Positions 7,986-18,548 of a stretch of DNA of 64,000 nucleotides are shown here, in pieces. The position numbers were made by a program, and so were the translations under genes. The stretch is from Thermodesulfobacteriota bacterium (lineage in GTDB: Bacteria; Desulfobacterota; Desulfobulbia; Desulfobulbales; SURF-16): positions 160,001 through 224,000 of the forward strand of contig JBFMAY010000001.1 of assembly GCA_040755455.1 (NCBI GenBank), written 5' to 3'. The notes beneath the pieces are model-generated. The model was not told where the DNA came from and did not search any database. It saw nothing but the letters and a program-made list of their open reading frames with translations. The first letter of the stretch is position 1, and every line of letters starts with the position of its first letter.

Positions 7986-10436
7986 ATGGCACGACGGGAA
8001 GCTGCCCAGAACATCTTTGTCAGGTTCGACAGGCTGCGGGACAGCCTGAAGCAGATTATTTTCGATCAGGACAAGGCCATTGACGAGGTGGTGGATGCCT
8101 TCATTCATACGGCCTACAAACCGGTTGCCGCACCGCCCAAGGCGATTTTTACCTTCCTGGGCCCTCCCTCGGTGGGCAAGAAGAGTCTTGCCCGGGCCCT
8201 GACCTCACATCTGGAGGAATATGCGGCTTTCAAGCAGTTTGATATGGAGCAGTTCGCCGATCCTGAGAGCGGGGCCCAGCTGTTTAGCCAGCGGTTGACC
8301 GCTGACGGGGTGCAGGAGGGGGAGTTGGCGGGGTTTATCAGGGAGCACCCGCAGTCCATTATTCTCTTTGATTCCATTGAAAAAGCGGACAATCAACTGC
8401 AATTGGCCCTGTTCAATCTGCTCACCCGCAACGAGGAGGAGAGCGGCATCAACTGCAGCGGCGTTATCGTGATATTCACCTCCAGCCTCGGCTGCAGTTT
8501 TTTCAAGGATAGAAAGTACCAGGAGGCTTTCAAGGAAAACAAGCTGCGCGCCCAGGCCCTGGTCATGGATGCCCTTTCCAAGGAAAAAAAGGCGGTCTAC
8601 GATACGGTGCAGAGCGCCATTGCCCCCAAGCTGCTGGCCGCCATGGCGCGCAATTTCATCATCCTGTTCAATTCCCTGAGCCTGGATACCCTGGTGCGCA
8701 TCGGGGGTGAATCCTTGCGCTGTCATTCAGAGCAGTTTGCCCAGCTCAGCAAAATGAAAGTGGAATATCATAATTTTGACCGGATCGCCACCCTGCTGAC
8801 CCTGTCATTTTCCCCCAATATCAGCGTTACGAGGCTGAAACAGAAACTGCCCGATCTCTTTCTCGGCAGGATCACGCGATTTGTTCGGGACCAGAGGAAG
8901 TATCCCCAGCATATCGTCTGCAGGCTTTCCAGGCAGGCCGATGCTTTCCTGGAGAAGATATGCCAGGACAAAGAGACATTGCTGGCGCGGCTTTACAAGA
9001 AAAACGAAACAGTGGATATCACCTGGAAAGAGACCCTGAGCGGTCAGAAACTGACCTGCGCCATCCACAAAGCGGAACTCAAAAGGCTGCCGCCGGCCAG
9101 TGATTTTTTCCGTGAACTGCTGCCGGGGGTGGAATTTTCCACCCTGGGCTTTAAGGATATAGCCGGCAATAAGAGCACCAAGAAGAATCTTAAACAGATT
9201 GTCAAAATTCTCCGCGAGCCTGAACTGCTGAAAAAATTCAACATCGACATGCCCAAAGGCATGCTGCTTTATGGACCTTCCGGAGTGGGCAAGACCATGC
9301 TGGCCAAGGCCTTTGCCCGGGAAACGGAAAGGCCGTTTGTCTATGTGTCCAGAAGCGATCTGTTTGATCCCGTCTATATCAGGAACGCCTATCTCAAGGC
9401 CAGGGAGTTTGCCCCGAGCATCGTCTTTCTTGACGGCATTGACGTCAAAGGCCTGATGGAGGGGGTCTATACCTCCATGCCGGATGACCAGCTGACCCTG
9501 GAGCTGGACGCCCTGTCCGGGGACCCAGAGGATTCCGTTTTCACCATCGCCACCGCCCAGATCAAGGCCGATGTCAGTCCCCGGGTCATTGCCCCCAACA
9601 GAATCGATATCTTTGTCGAGGTGCCCGAGCTTGACCGGGACGCCAGGCGCTTTTTCATCGAAAAGATTCTGGAGAAACCCAACGACGGCAAAATCAACGT
9701 GGAGCGGGTGATCCGCTATATCTCAGGCATGAGCGGCTATGATCTGCAGCGCATCGGCAAAGAGGCGTCCCTCTATGCCATCCGCAATGATCTGGACCGC
9801 ATCACCGAAGATATCCTCATCGAGGAGATCAATATCATCAAGTATGGCTATAAGCTGGAGAAGAAGCGCATCAGAAATCTTGAGCAGGATCTGAAAATCA
9901 CCGCCTACCACGAGGCCGGCCACGCGGTGCTGTCGCATCTGCTGCTGCCGGATATCAAGATTGAGCAGGTGACCATCGCGCCGCGGCTCAAATCCATGGG
10001 ATTCATCTCCTACAGCATGGAGGATTTTCCCGGCAACATCTCCAGGGATGAGGTCTTTGACAACATCTGCGTGCTGCTTGGCGGGCGCACGGCCAGCATC
10101 AGGAAATTCGGCAGCAAGGGGATCGACACCGGCGCGGCAAACGACCTGGAGGTCGCCACCCATCAGGCCTATGCCGCGGTCGCCAGTCTGGGCATGGATG
10201 AGGAGATCGGCTATGTGCACACCGATACCCTTTCCCAGAATGTCAGCAAGCAGATGTTTCTCACCAAGGTTGAGACGCGGGTCAGCCATTGGATGCGCGA
10301 GGCGAGCGCCAAGGCGGAGACGCTGGTGGAAAAGCACTGGGATAAGGTGGAGCAGCTGGCCTCGATCCTCATCCGTCAGGAAATTGTCGACGGCGTCGAA
10401 CTGGAAAAGATCATGAAGGGGCTCAAGGACTCCTAG
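7986..10436 (+). CDS. Soluble Clp-type AAA + FtsH-type AAA + peptidase M41 fusion protein
   Basis: AGGAG SD before ATG 7986. ClpB-D2-like IFDQDKAID...FTFLGPPSVGK...FDME; FtsH-like FKDIAG...PKGMLLYGPSGVGKT; Zn-protease TAYHEAGH and GAAND. No transmembrane helix evident. Confidence 0.85.
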   Translation: MARREAAQNIFVRFDRLRDSLKQIIFDQDKAIDEVVDAFIHTAYKPVAAPPKAIFTFLGPPSVGKKSLARALTSHLEEYAAFKQFDMEQFADPESGAQLFSQRLTADGVQEGELAGFIREHPQSIILFDSIEKADNQLQLALFNLLTRNEEESGINCSGVIVIFTSSLGCSFFKDRKYQEAFKENKLRAQALVMDALSKEKKAVYDTVQSAIAPKLLAAMARNFIILFNSLSLDTLVRIGGESLRCHSEQFAQLSKMKVEYHNFDRIATLLTLSFSPNISVTRLKQKLPDLFLGRITRFVRDQRKYPQHIVCRLSRQADAFLEKICQDKETLLARLYKKNETVDITWKETLSGQKLTCAIHKAELKRLPPASDFFRELLPGVEFSTLGFKDIAGNKSTKKNLKQIVKILREPELLKKFNIDMPKGMLLYGPSGVGKTMLAKAFARETERPFVYVSRSDLFDPVYIRNAYLKAREFAPSIVFLDGIDVKGLMEGVYTSMPDDQLTLELDALSGDPEDSVFTIATAQIKADVSPRVIAPNRIDIFVEVPELDRDARRFFIEKILEKPNDGKINVERVIRYISGMSGYDLQRIGKEASLYAIRNDLDRITEDILIEEINIIKYGYKLEKKRIRNLEQDLKITAYHEAGHAVLSHLLLPDIKIEQVTIAPRLKSMGFISYSMEDFPGNISRDEVFDNICVLLGGRTASIRKFGSKGIDTGAANDLEVATHQAYAAVASLGMDEEIGYVHTDTLSQNVSKQMFLTKVETRVSHWMREASAKAETLVEKHWDKVEQLASILIRQEIVDGVELEKIMKGLKDS

Positions 10437-10445
10437 GAGGGCGTC

Positions 10446-11108
10446 ATGCCAGAGCAATTCCGCTGCGAGCTTGTCTCCTGGAACAAGATGTACAATATGA
10501 CCCGGCTGCTGGCCGCAAAGATCAAGCAGCAGGGCTTTGCCCCGGACATGATCGTGGCCATCGCCAGGGGCGGTTGCATCCCGGCGCGGATACTGTGCGA
10601 TCACCTGGACATCAGCCGGCTGACCACTATACAGGTGACCCACTACGAGTCAGGGGCCAGCAAGAAAAAAAGCGCGCATCTCATCGAGGCCTTGCGGGCG
10701 GATATCCGGGGCAGCAAGGTGCTCATTGTTGATGATGTCAATGACACCGGCCAGACCCTGGAGCTGGCCCTGCAGCACATGCAGAGTTTTCATCCGGCCG
10801 AGGCCAGGGTGGCCGTGCTGCACGATAAGCAGGTTTCCACCTTCTCCCCGGACTTTTACGTGGCAAAGGTGCGAAAATGGCGGTGGATCATCTATCCGTG
10901 GGCGGTGATTGAGGATGTGGGCGGCCTGCTCGGCAGGAGGGCGACAAGACCGGCAACGCCGGCGGAGGCGGCCCAGGTTTTTGCCCAGGAGTTTGCCTGC
11001 CGGCTGCCCCGGCAGATTGTGGAGGATGTGTATGCCCTGGCCGGCTGGACGGAACCGCCTGCCGACAGATGTGTCTCCATCCTGCAGACAGCGCAAAAAA
11101 GCAAGTGA
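10446..11108 (+). CDS. Purine phosphoribosyltransferase (Gpt/Hpt-like)
   Basis: IVAIARGG, PRPP-binding motif VLIVDDVNDTGQTL, WIIYPW. Confidence 0.9.
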   Translation: MPEQFRCELVSWNKMYNMTRLLAAKIKQQGFAPDMIVAIARGGCIPARILCDHLDISRLTTIQVTHYESGASKKKSAHLIEALRADIRGSKVLIVDDVNDTGQTLELALQHMQSFHPAEARVAVLHDKQVSTFSPDFYVAKVRKWRWIIYPWAVIEDVGGLLGRRATRPATPAEAAQVFAQEFACRLPRQIVEDVYALAGWTEPPADRCVSILQTAQKSK

Positions 11109-11304
11109 TTTTATTATGCTGCAGACAGTTATTTCCCTTTACTGGTTATAAAAGGGGAGGTAATATCGAATAAAAATTGCTGACAAGGGAGAAAAATGTG
11201 CCCTTGCGGCGTGAAAGAAATAGGCAAGCGGTACTATCCACCGTGCTATCAGAAAGAAATACTGTTAACCATTTATCAACAACCAATAATTGAGGAAGAA
11301 ATCA

Positions 11305-11622
11305 ATGAAACTGATGAGTAAAGCTGTTGCTTTTGGCCTTATGTCCCTGCTGGCCACCGGCATGATCGCCTGCGAACAGAAAAAAGAAAAAGCTGAAGTA
11401 GCGCCTGCGGAAAAAGCCGCGCCGGCGGTTGAGCAAACGGCCCCTGCCGCGGAAGTTCAGGCCCCTGCTGCGGAAGTTCAGGCTCCTGCTGCAGCGCCCC
11501 AGGCCCCCGTTGAAGAGGTAATTCCCCCAGAAGAAGAACAACCGGTTGATGTCCCCTCACCCGACAGTGAGCCCCAGGCTGAAGGGCAGCCGGCCCAGGC
11601 CCCTGCCGCCGACAAGCATTGA
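11305..11622 (+). CDS. Ala/Pro/Glu-rich small lipoprotein
   Basis: GAGGAA SD; lipobox-like MIAC after a hydrophobic stretch; low-complexity body with a 21-bp tandem repeat. Confidence 0.7.
   Translation: MKLMSKAVAFGLMSLLATGMIACEQKKEKAEVAPAEKAAPAVEQTAPAAEVQAPAAEVQAPAAAPQAPVEEVIPPEEEQPVDVPSPDSEPQAEGQPAQAPAADKH
11440..11492 (+). repeat. 21-bp in-frame tandem repeat (about 2.5 copies, APAAEVQ)
   Basis: GCCCCTGCCGCGGAAGTTCAG / GCCCCTGCTGCGGAAGTTCAG / GCTCCTGCTGC. Confidence 0.85.
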
Positions 11623-11639
11623 TGCATGATTGATTTCCG

Positions 11640-11671
11640 GGGGCGGCGCAGTTGGCTGCCCTCGTTTTTTT
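11640..11671 (+). terminator. Intrinsic terminator
   Basis: GGGGCGGC-loop-GCTGCCCT followed by a T-run. Confidence 0.55.
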
Positions 11672-11872
11672 ATCGCTCCGCTTTTTCTCTCCTGATTTTG
11701 CCCCTGATGCGGTCTGTACCTGGAATTCCTTCCACTCCTTGACGGGACTTGTTTATTGTTCATCCAAAAGGCAGTACATGCCCTGCTGCAGGAAGTAAAA
11801 CCCTGCCCGACCCGCGGGAATGCAACGAGGGGTTACAGGGCAGGTTGCCGGCGAACGGGCCTCCTTTGCCGA

Positions 11873-12727
11873 TCAGTGGTCAGCGCCGATCACGACAACC
11901 CTGTTGCGTCCCTCATTTTTCGCCTGATAGAGGGCCTTGTCGGCATTGTTGATCAGGGTGTGCAGATCAACAGCTGTCGTCCGGCCATGGTTGAAACCCG
12001 CTACTCCTATACTCACGGTGATTTTGATGGCAGGATGGCAGGACTCTTCATCCTGCGTGGCCATTTCCGTCGCGGCAATTTTCCGGCGTAAACGCTCCGC
12101 CAGCACAGCGGCGTGCGAGGCGATGGTGTTCGGCATGATGACCAGCACCTCTTCCCCGCCGTAGCGGGCCACAATGTCAATATCCCGCACGGTTGATAAG
12201 ATCAGCTGGGCGAGCTTCTGCAGCACCAGGTCGCCGGTCTGGTGCCCGCAGGTGTCGTTGACCATTTTAAAGCGATCAATATCAAGCAGCAGGATGGCAA
12301 GGGGCAGATTATATCTTTGCGACCGTAAAAATTCTTCCTTGAGACGGCGGTCCAGATAGCGGCGGTTAAAAATACCCAGCAGGGGATCGGAGATGTTCTC
12401 CTGCTCAAGAATATTGATCCGCTGGAGATCAATAACTGTTTTCCACGACAGAAAGCAGACCAGCAGCACAAAAATGGCGCCCCCCAGAAACACTCCCGGC
12501 ACTAACAGTCCGGAAAAGGAGCTGCAGTTCCTCCAGTTGACAAAACCGTAAGTAATATATCCGGCGATAAAGAAGAGGATCAACAGGGTCAGGACATTCC
12601 ACAGCGAGCGGGCCGATCCCTTAGGAAGCTCCCAGGTCAGTTTCCAGACCGGAAAGAGGGCGACGGTGAGAATGATCGTCCCTGCGCTGAGCAGGCCATT
12701 CATCAGATAAAATGTGACATTTTCCAC
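11873..12727 (-). CDS. Membrane-anchored diguanylate cyclase (GGDEF)
   Basis: Three N-terminal hydrophobic segments; DPLLGIFNRR, DIDRFKMVND, I-site RDID, active site GGEEV; GTG start. Confidence 0.9.
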   Translation of the reverse strand: MENVTFYLMNGLLSAGTIILTVALFPVWKLTWELPKGSARSLWNVLTLLILFFIAGYITYGFVNWRNCSSFSGLLVPGVFLGGAIFVLLVCFLSWKTVIDLQRINILEQENISDPLLGIFNRRYLDRRLKEEFLRSQRYNLPLAILLLDIDRFKMVNDTCGHQTGDLVLQKLAQLILSTVRDIDIVARYGGEEVLVIMPNTIASHAAVLAERLRRKIAATEMATQDEESCHPAIKITVSIGVAGFNHGRTTAVDLHTLINNADKALYQAKNEGRNRVVVIGADH

Positions 12728-13099
12728 TGGTAGTCCACAATAATCAGCATCCTGTCTTTGCCATCAATCCTGCAGCAATTTTGAGCGGGTAGCAAAATAA
12801 CCGGCAGTGGCGGCAATTGCCATATTTTATTGTAAACAGATTATTTTTCTCAATTGGGGACATTATGGCAGTTGGCCGGCGGCTGATCAAGAAAAATACC
12901 ATGAGTGGGAAAATGGATGCTCTGCGCAAATGCACCAGGCAGGGAGGTCAAATTGTACGGGGGCACATGGTTGATGATATAAGTTGATAATCAATTTCGG
13001 GAAATTATATAATAAGGCAATGAACGGACGGCCCGTTATCAGTCTTGCCTCATGAGCCCGCTCGGATTGTTTCCCCACCAACAATGGAGATGTTTCCTC

Positions 13100-14767
13100 A
13101 TGAAAAAAATGTCGCTCAGGTTGAAGATATCCTGCATCATGATTTTCATCGCAGTTGTGACAGCCTGCTTCTTCGCTGTTTTTATGTATCAGCGCAACAT
13201 CAATAAAGCGTATGATGATGCCCGGGGCTACGCCGATGATCTGCTGGCCAGAACCGTGCAGATGTTCATGGTTTCCACCACCAGATTTCACGATGACTTT
13301 CAGCGGACGCAAGGGAATCCTGAGGAAAGAAAAAAGATCCTGAATGATTGGAACCGGACGATCTTTGCCGTGGATCAGGCCGTTATTCATGACCATGGGG
13401 CGGACAAGCCGAGAGTGAGGTTGATTGGCGATAAGCAGCTTTTTCAATATGCGCCCCTGGGCGGCGACAATACGAAAATACAGATACCATTTGAAACGGA
13501 AGCGGGGAAATCCCTGTTGCATGGCGAGAGTAAAGTCGAAAAGATTGAGGACGGTTTTCTGCGGGTGGCCATCCCCCTATGGAGTGATGTCTTCATCGGA
13601 TGTGCGGAATGTCATTTTTCCGAGGTTGAAAATGACCAGGCCGATATGAACCGGCATATCCTGCTGGGGACCTTGAATGCCTATATGCCACTGCAGCAGA
13701 TGGTGGCCCAGGCAAGAATTGACGCGGTGGTCATCATTGCGCTGTTCATACTGGCCGTGTTCATGCTGATCGGTGTTGTCTATTGGTTGGTCAGCCTCTC
13801 AGTGGTGAAGCCGTTTGTGGTGGAAATCGACAGCCTCAATGGCAGTGCGGAGCATGTGTCCCTTTCTTCCCGGCAACTCTATGCCGCAAGTCTTGCCATG
13901 GCCGAGGGTGCTTCGGAACAGGCGGCATCCATCGAGGAGACGTCGGCATCCCTGGAGGAAATGTCCTCCATGACCAGGCGCAACGCCGATAATGCCCATC
14001 AGGCTGACAGTTTCACCCGGGAGGCAAGCCAACTGGTGACAACGGCCAATGATTCCATGGGCAAACTGAGTGGCTCCATGGAGGAAATTTCCAAGGCCAG
14101 CGATGAAACATCGAAAATCATTAAAACCATCGATGAGATCGCCTTCCAGACCAATCTGCTGGCGCTCAATGCGGCGGTGGAGGCGGCCCGTGCCGGGGAG
14201 GCCGGCGCAGGGTTTGCCGTGGTTGCCGATGAGGTGCGGAACCTTGCTTTACGGGCCGCCAATGCAGCAAGGGATACCGCAGGGCTCATTGAGGCGACGG
14301 TGAGCAAGGTAAAGGACGGGAAAAATCTTGTCGGAGCAACAAACAGTTCTTTTGCCGAGGTGTCCACCAGTGTCGGCAAGGTCAGCCAGCTCGTGACTGA
14401 AATCGCTTCAGCCTCCACTGAGCAGGCGAAAGGCATTGATCAGATCAACCGCGCAGTGACGGAAATGGACAAGGTTATCCAGCAGAATGCCGCCAATGCC
14501 GAACAATGCGCCGCGACTTCGGAACAGATGGAGCTGCAGTCCGGCAAGATGAAGGGGGTGGTCCGGAGTTTGCTGAGGTTAATCAAGGGGGATGACAGCG
14601 GCAGCGATGCGGTTGCCCCGGCCCAGGTCGTAAGACCTGCGCCGAAAAAATCTGCTGCCGCGCCCGCCCAGGTCGAGCAAAAACGGCAGGAATCCATTCC
14701 TGGACCCAAAAAACTTGAATTAAAGAAAGAGATTAAGGCAAATGATAATGATTTTGAGGAGTTTTAG
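13100..14767 (+). CDS. Methyl-accepting chemotaxis protein with periplasmic heme-c (CxxCH) sensor domain
   Basis: Two TM helices, CAECH in the periplasmic part, MCP signature [35 protein letters not shown]-terminal pentapeptide DFEEF. Confidence 0.92.
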   Translation: MKKMSLRLKISCIMIFIAVVTACFFAVFMYQRNINKAYDDARGYADDLLARTVQMFMVSTTRFHDDFQRTQGNPEERKKILNDWNRTIFAVDQAVIHDHGADKPRVRLIGDKQLFQYAPLGGDNTKIQIPFETEAGKSLLHGESKVEKIEDGFLRVAIPLWSDVFIGCAECHFSEVENDQADMNRHILLGTLNAYMPLQQMVAQARIDAVVIIALFILAVFMLIGVVYWLVSLSVVKPFVVEIDSLNGSAEHVSLSSRQLYAASLAMAEGASEQAASIEETSASLEEMSSMTRRNADNAHQADSFTREASQLVTTANDSMGKLSGSMEEISKASDETSKIIKTIDEIAFQTNLLALNAAVEAARAGEAGAGFAVVADEVRNLALRAANAARDTAGLIEATVSKVKDGKNLVGATNSSFAEVSTSVGKVSQLVTEIASASTEQAKGIDQINRAVTEMDKVIQQNAANAEQCAATSEQMELQSGKMKGVVRSLLRLIKGDDSGSDAVAPAQVVRPAPKKSAAAPAQVEQKRQESIPGPKKLELKKEIKANDNDFEEF

Positions 14768-14782
14768 CTGGCGGCCGCGCAA

Positions 14783-14818
14783 TGGACGGCGACGCCGGAA
14801 GCGCCATCGCCGTCCGTG
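14783..14818. terminator. GC-rich hairpin between convergent genes
   Basis: GGACGGCGA...TCGCCGTCC inverted repeat with no U-tract. Confidence 0.45.
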
Positions 14819-14823
14819 GCGAA

Positions 14824-17163
14824 CTACATGGAGCTGATCTGCAGATCGATCAGGTCATCCATTCTGTCCAGGTAAATATCCAGGGGCTGCTGCCTGAGGG
14901 CGGCGAGTCCGACCCGGAGATCCAGGGCCTGGATATCATGGGCGAGAGAGGGCGAGCCGACTATCTTCTCCGCCTCGTCATAGCGGTTCAGCTTGATCAA
15001 GGCCTTGGCGCAATTGATGGCCGCTTCCGCGCTGCTGCCGGCAATGGGGTTAAGGATCTCGTATGCCTTTTCAGGCCAGCTGTTGGCCAGCAGTATCCGG
15101 CCCGTATGTTCCATGGTGGAGTCGTTCCGGGGCAGCAGGTCAAGCAGGGGCTCCGCCTGGTGCCGAAAGCCGAGTTTCAGGTAGAAATTCAATAGGCTGA
15201 GGAAGTCGGTCATTTCTCCCATGAGTTTCTGCGGCAGGGAGTCCTTGAGCACCATGTAATAGAGATTTTCGTTCTGTTTGCGCAGACCGTCCAGATCATT
15301 GAAGCGATAGATGTTCTGCGGCGGGTTATCCGGCAGACCATCCATATGGTCAATGATGACGGGCTCCATCACCTGATGGAGAAAAACCTGGAACATGAGG
15401 GTCCGGCCGGCGAGTTCACTGCGGCCGTAATCAGCCGGGAAGCTTACCGGAAACTGGCTGACCCTGCCTCCCTTCATGCCCTGCAGACCGGCCTCGAAAT
15501 CAGGGAGGAGTTTGCCGCTGCCCAGCACGGCATCCTGGTAATAGGCCTCGGTGGCCGGCACAACCTGGCCGTCCAGAATACCCTTGCAGTCGTATATAAC
15601 CTTGCAGCCGTGGGCTGCGGTGCCGCGGCGTTTGCAGCGAAAGCCGGTAAACGGTCCGGCCAGGAAGCTTGTTACCTCCGGATCATGGGGAAATTGAGCC
15701 TTGAGCCGGGTCATGCATTGATGGGCGGCATGAAATTCCTCCAGGCACAGATAAATCTGCGTCAGCATGATGAGGGCCTCGGGCCGGCAGGAAAGGGCCG
15801 CGAAGTTTGCGGTGATGAAGCCCGCCACCTCGAAAAGGTTGCTGCCGGTGGCAACGTTTTCCTGGAAATCCTGACGATTCAGGCGCCACAGCATGCTCAT
15901 TCGCCGGATTTCCTCCTCGCTCATGGCGTCGGTGGCGAAATCGCGGCATATGCTCAGGTAAGCTGGTTTGGTCACGGCCAGCGGTTTGATGCCATGGGCC
16001 TCATGGTCGTCAAGGATGGGGATGCCGAAGAAGAGGTGCAGCTGCTGGGAAATGGAATTGCCGCTGACGGGCACCCTGTTGGCCTTGACAAAATCCAGGG
16101 TTTTCTGGGCATGGGCAAATGACTCCCCTGGCAGGCCGAAGAGGGTGAAGAGTTCAACGTTGATGCCGGCCTGCTGGACTTTGCCGATGACCCCGGCGAG
16201 TTTTTCCGGGTTGAGTCCCTTATTGATTCTGGTCAGCACCTCGTGGTCGGCTGATTCGAGTCCGAAGGCAATGGTGTGGGCCCCCGCTTTTTTGAGCAGC
16301 TCGAGCAGCTCGTCATCAATGAGATTGTATCTGGTCTGGCACCAGAAGGTGATGGCCGGGCATTGGGTAATGATGCTGCGCAGCAGCTCAACAAGCCGCC
16401 CGCGGGAAAAGGCGAAGTTGGGATCGGCAAACCAGAAGTCGCGGATGCCCCTGGCCTGCAGATGTTTGATTTCGGCCGTGACCCGGCCGATGGAATGAAA
16501 CCGTACCTTTTTATTGCTGGCGCGGGTGGTGTAACAGAAGGTGCAGGGCGAGGTGCAGCCCCGGGAGGTGAGGAGAATAACCCGGCTCTTGCCGGCCGTG
16601 TCGATGATCCCTTCCAGGTAGGGGGAGGGCAGGCTGTCAAGGTCCTCCACCACCTCCGCCGGTGGGGTGTCAACCGCCTTTCCCTGATCCAGGTAGCAGA
16701 TGCCCGGCACCTCGGCAAGGGGCCTGCCCTTGTCCAGGGCCCGGCCAAGGGCAGGCAGTACTCCTTCACCTTCCCCCCGGCACAGGATGTCCACGTTCTT
16801 CATCTGGAGCAGGGCCGCGCCGGGCATGAAGGTGATCTGGGGGCCACCCAGGATTACCAGAATTTCCGGGCGGAGCCTTTTGGCATAACTGGCCCAGACC
16901 AGCACCCTGTTGATGTTTTCGTCATAAACCGAAAAACCGAGCACATCCGGTTTTTCGGCGGCAAGCATATCGCGGAAAAGTTTCGGCGGCAGAGGTCTGT
17001 CCTTGTAATCGCCGAGAATGGTGCCGCTGTAGCCGTGCTTCCTGAGGGCGGCCAGAGCGTAGGCCTGGGAGATGGGAATGGTATCCGGGGAGTCGATGGT
17101 GGCCCATTCATTGACATGTATGAAGAGAAAGTTTGTCCTGTCTGCCTGTCGGTTTTGCTTCAT
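14824..17163 (-). CDS. Cobalamin-dependent radical SAM protein with trigger-factor-type FKBP domain and TPR-like C-terminus
   Basis: B12-binding ILGGPQIT/GEGE; CxxxCxxC as SRGCTSPCTFC; FGLESA; FKBP-like LGSGKLLPDFEAGLQGMKGG...VSFPADYG..ELAG. AGGAG SD favours ATG 17163; the ORF extends to 17187. Confidence 0.85.
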   Translation of the reverse strand: MKQNRQADRTNFLFIHVNEWATIDSPDTIPISQAYALAALRKHGYSGTILGDYKDRPLPPKLFRDMLAAEKPDVLGFSVYDENINRVLVWASYAKRLRPEILVILGGPQITFMPGAALLQMKNVDILCRGEGEGVLPALGRALDKGRPLAEVPGICYLDQGKAVDTPPAEVVEDLDSLPSPYLEGIIDTAGKSRVILLTSRGCTSPCTFCYTTRASNKKVRFHSIGRVTAEIKHLQARGIRDFWFADPNFAFSRGRLVELLRSIITQCPAITFWCQTRYNLIDDELLELLKKAGAHTIAFGLESADHEVLTRINKGLNPEKLAGVIGKVQQAGINVELFTLFGLPGESFAHAQKTLDFVKANRVPVSGNSISQQLHLFFGIPILDDHEAHGIKPLAVTKPAYLSICRDFATDAMSEEEIRRMSMLWRLNRQDFQENVATGSNLFEVAGFITANFAALSCRPEALIMLTQIYLCLEEFHAAHQCMTRLKAQFPHDPEVTSFLAGPFTGFRCKRRGTAAHGCKVIYDCKGILDGQVVPATEAYYQDAVLGSGKLLPDFEAGLQGMKGGRVSQFPVSFPADYGRSELAGRTLMFQVFLHQVMEPVIIDHMDGLPDNPPQNIYRFNDLDGLRKQNENLYYMVLKDSLPQKLMGEMTDFLSLLNFYLKLGFRHQAEPLLDLLPRNDSTMEHTGRILLANSWPEKAYEILNPIAGSSAEAAINCAKALIKLNRYDEAEKIVGSPSLAHDIQALDLRVGLAALRQQPLDIYLDRMDDLIDLQISSM

Positions 17164-17579
17164 GACGTGGCTGCTCCTGCTCATCATTTATAGATGTGTC
17201 GCGTTTATTTTTTTGTTATATTTCCTTTCGCCCCTGCTGAGCAGCGTAGTCAAACGGCAAGCTGTCGATGTGCATGTGCATTGCGGTGCTGAGCCGGGCG
17301 GACCGTTAATTGATAAATTGTCGCAAGTAAGTCATGTGTCTGTTTCACCAAAAAAAGAGCAGGAAACAAGACATGGCTTCAAAATTTTCAGTACATTATC
17401 GTGTGAAATATCAGTTGTCAATCGATCCTGTGCATTTAATGCCGTGGGGTAATGGTAGGAGAGTTTTTCCGTTGCCTTGCATTGTTCCGGTTGACAAAAA
17501 GGATATTTGTAGATAAATCAGATTGTGATGTAGGTATTGGTACCTAAACCGGCTTGAAATTTTTCTTTTTCCCCCGTAA

Positions 17580-18548
17580 ATGACGCCATACAGACCTCTG
17601 ACCATAATCAGTCATCCGCATTACCTGGAGCATGATACAGGAGGCGGAGACCATCCGGAAAGCCCTGAACGTCTACGATTCATTGATAGGCAGCTCAAGG
17701 ACAGCCCCCTTTCCCCCTGCATCACTAAAAAAACCGCCAGAAGAGCGCTGCGGGAGGATGTCCTCGTCTATCACACGGAGGCCTATCTGTACCGCCTGGA
17801 AGAAACCGCCCTGAAAGGACAGACCTATATTGACCACCGGGACAATCAGATCTGTTTCGAGTCCTTTGAGGCGATTCTGCTTGCGGCCGGGGGCTGCCTG
17901 ACCGGCATCGATCTGCTGGAAGAGGGCAGCGATCTGGTTTTCTGCTGCATACGGCCTCCGGGCCACCATGCGGAACGGGCCATGGCCCTGGGTTTCTGTT
18001 TCGTCAATAATGCGGTTGTCGCCGCCAGGTACTGGCAGAAACGGTATGGACGACAAAAAATTGCCGTCATCGACTGGGACGCCCATCACGGCAACGGCAT
18101 CCAGGATGCCTTTGAGGAAGACCCTGATGTTTTTTACATCAGCATCCATGAGCATCCCACTTTCAGCTTTCCGGGCACCGGCTATGCCGAGGAAAAAGGC
18201 CTGGGGGCAGGGGCCGGCACCACCCTGAATATTCCCCTGCCGCCCGGGGCCGATGACGCCATGTTTCTCCGCGCTATGAGCAAATTCGTGGAGCCGGCCC
18301 TGGACGTCTTCCGGCCGGAGAGGATTATCGTTTCCGCCGGATTTGACGGGCATGTGCTGGATGACATGTCAGGACTGTCCTACAGCACGGAGCTTTACGG
18401 CGTGATCGGCGAGCGGATGGCGGCACTGACCGACAGGTATTGCCAGGGGAAAAGCCTGTCGATCCTGGAAGGCGGCTATCATCTGGAAGCCCTGGCCGCC
18501 AGCGTTGAACGTTACCTCCTTGGCCTGGCCAAGTGTAAGCCGTTGTAA
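17580..18548 (+). CDS. Histone deacetylase-family (AcuC-like) Zn-dependent deacetylase
   Basis: HPESPERL, RPPGHHA, GFCFVNN, DWDAHHGNG, SAGFDGH and LEGGY. Confidence 0.93.
   Translation: MTPYRPLTIISHPHYLEHDTGGGDHPESPERLRFIDRQLKDSPLSPCITKKTARRALREDVLVYHTEAYLYRLEETALKGQTYIDHRDNQICFESFEAILLAAGGCLTGIDLLEEGSDLVFCCIRPPGHHAERAMALGFCFVNNAVVAARYWQKRYGRQKIAVIDWDAHHGNGIQDAFEEDPDVFYISIHEHPTFSFPGTGYAEEKGLGAGAGTTLNIPLPPGADDAMFLRAMSKFVEPALDVFRPERIIVSAGFDGHVLDDMSGLSYSTELYGVIGERMAALTDRYCQGKSLSILEGGYHLEALAASVERYLLGLAKCKPL

Noticed and set aside
14783..14826. Pyrrolysine read-through (TAG followed by a hairpin) in the radical SAM gene
   Set aside because: Read-through would add only about 19 residues, no pyl genes are in view, and the hairpin is explained as a terminator-like element between convergent genes.
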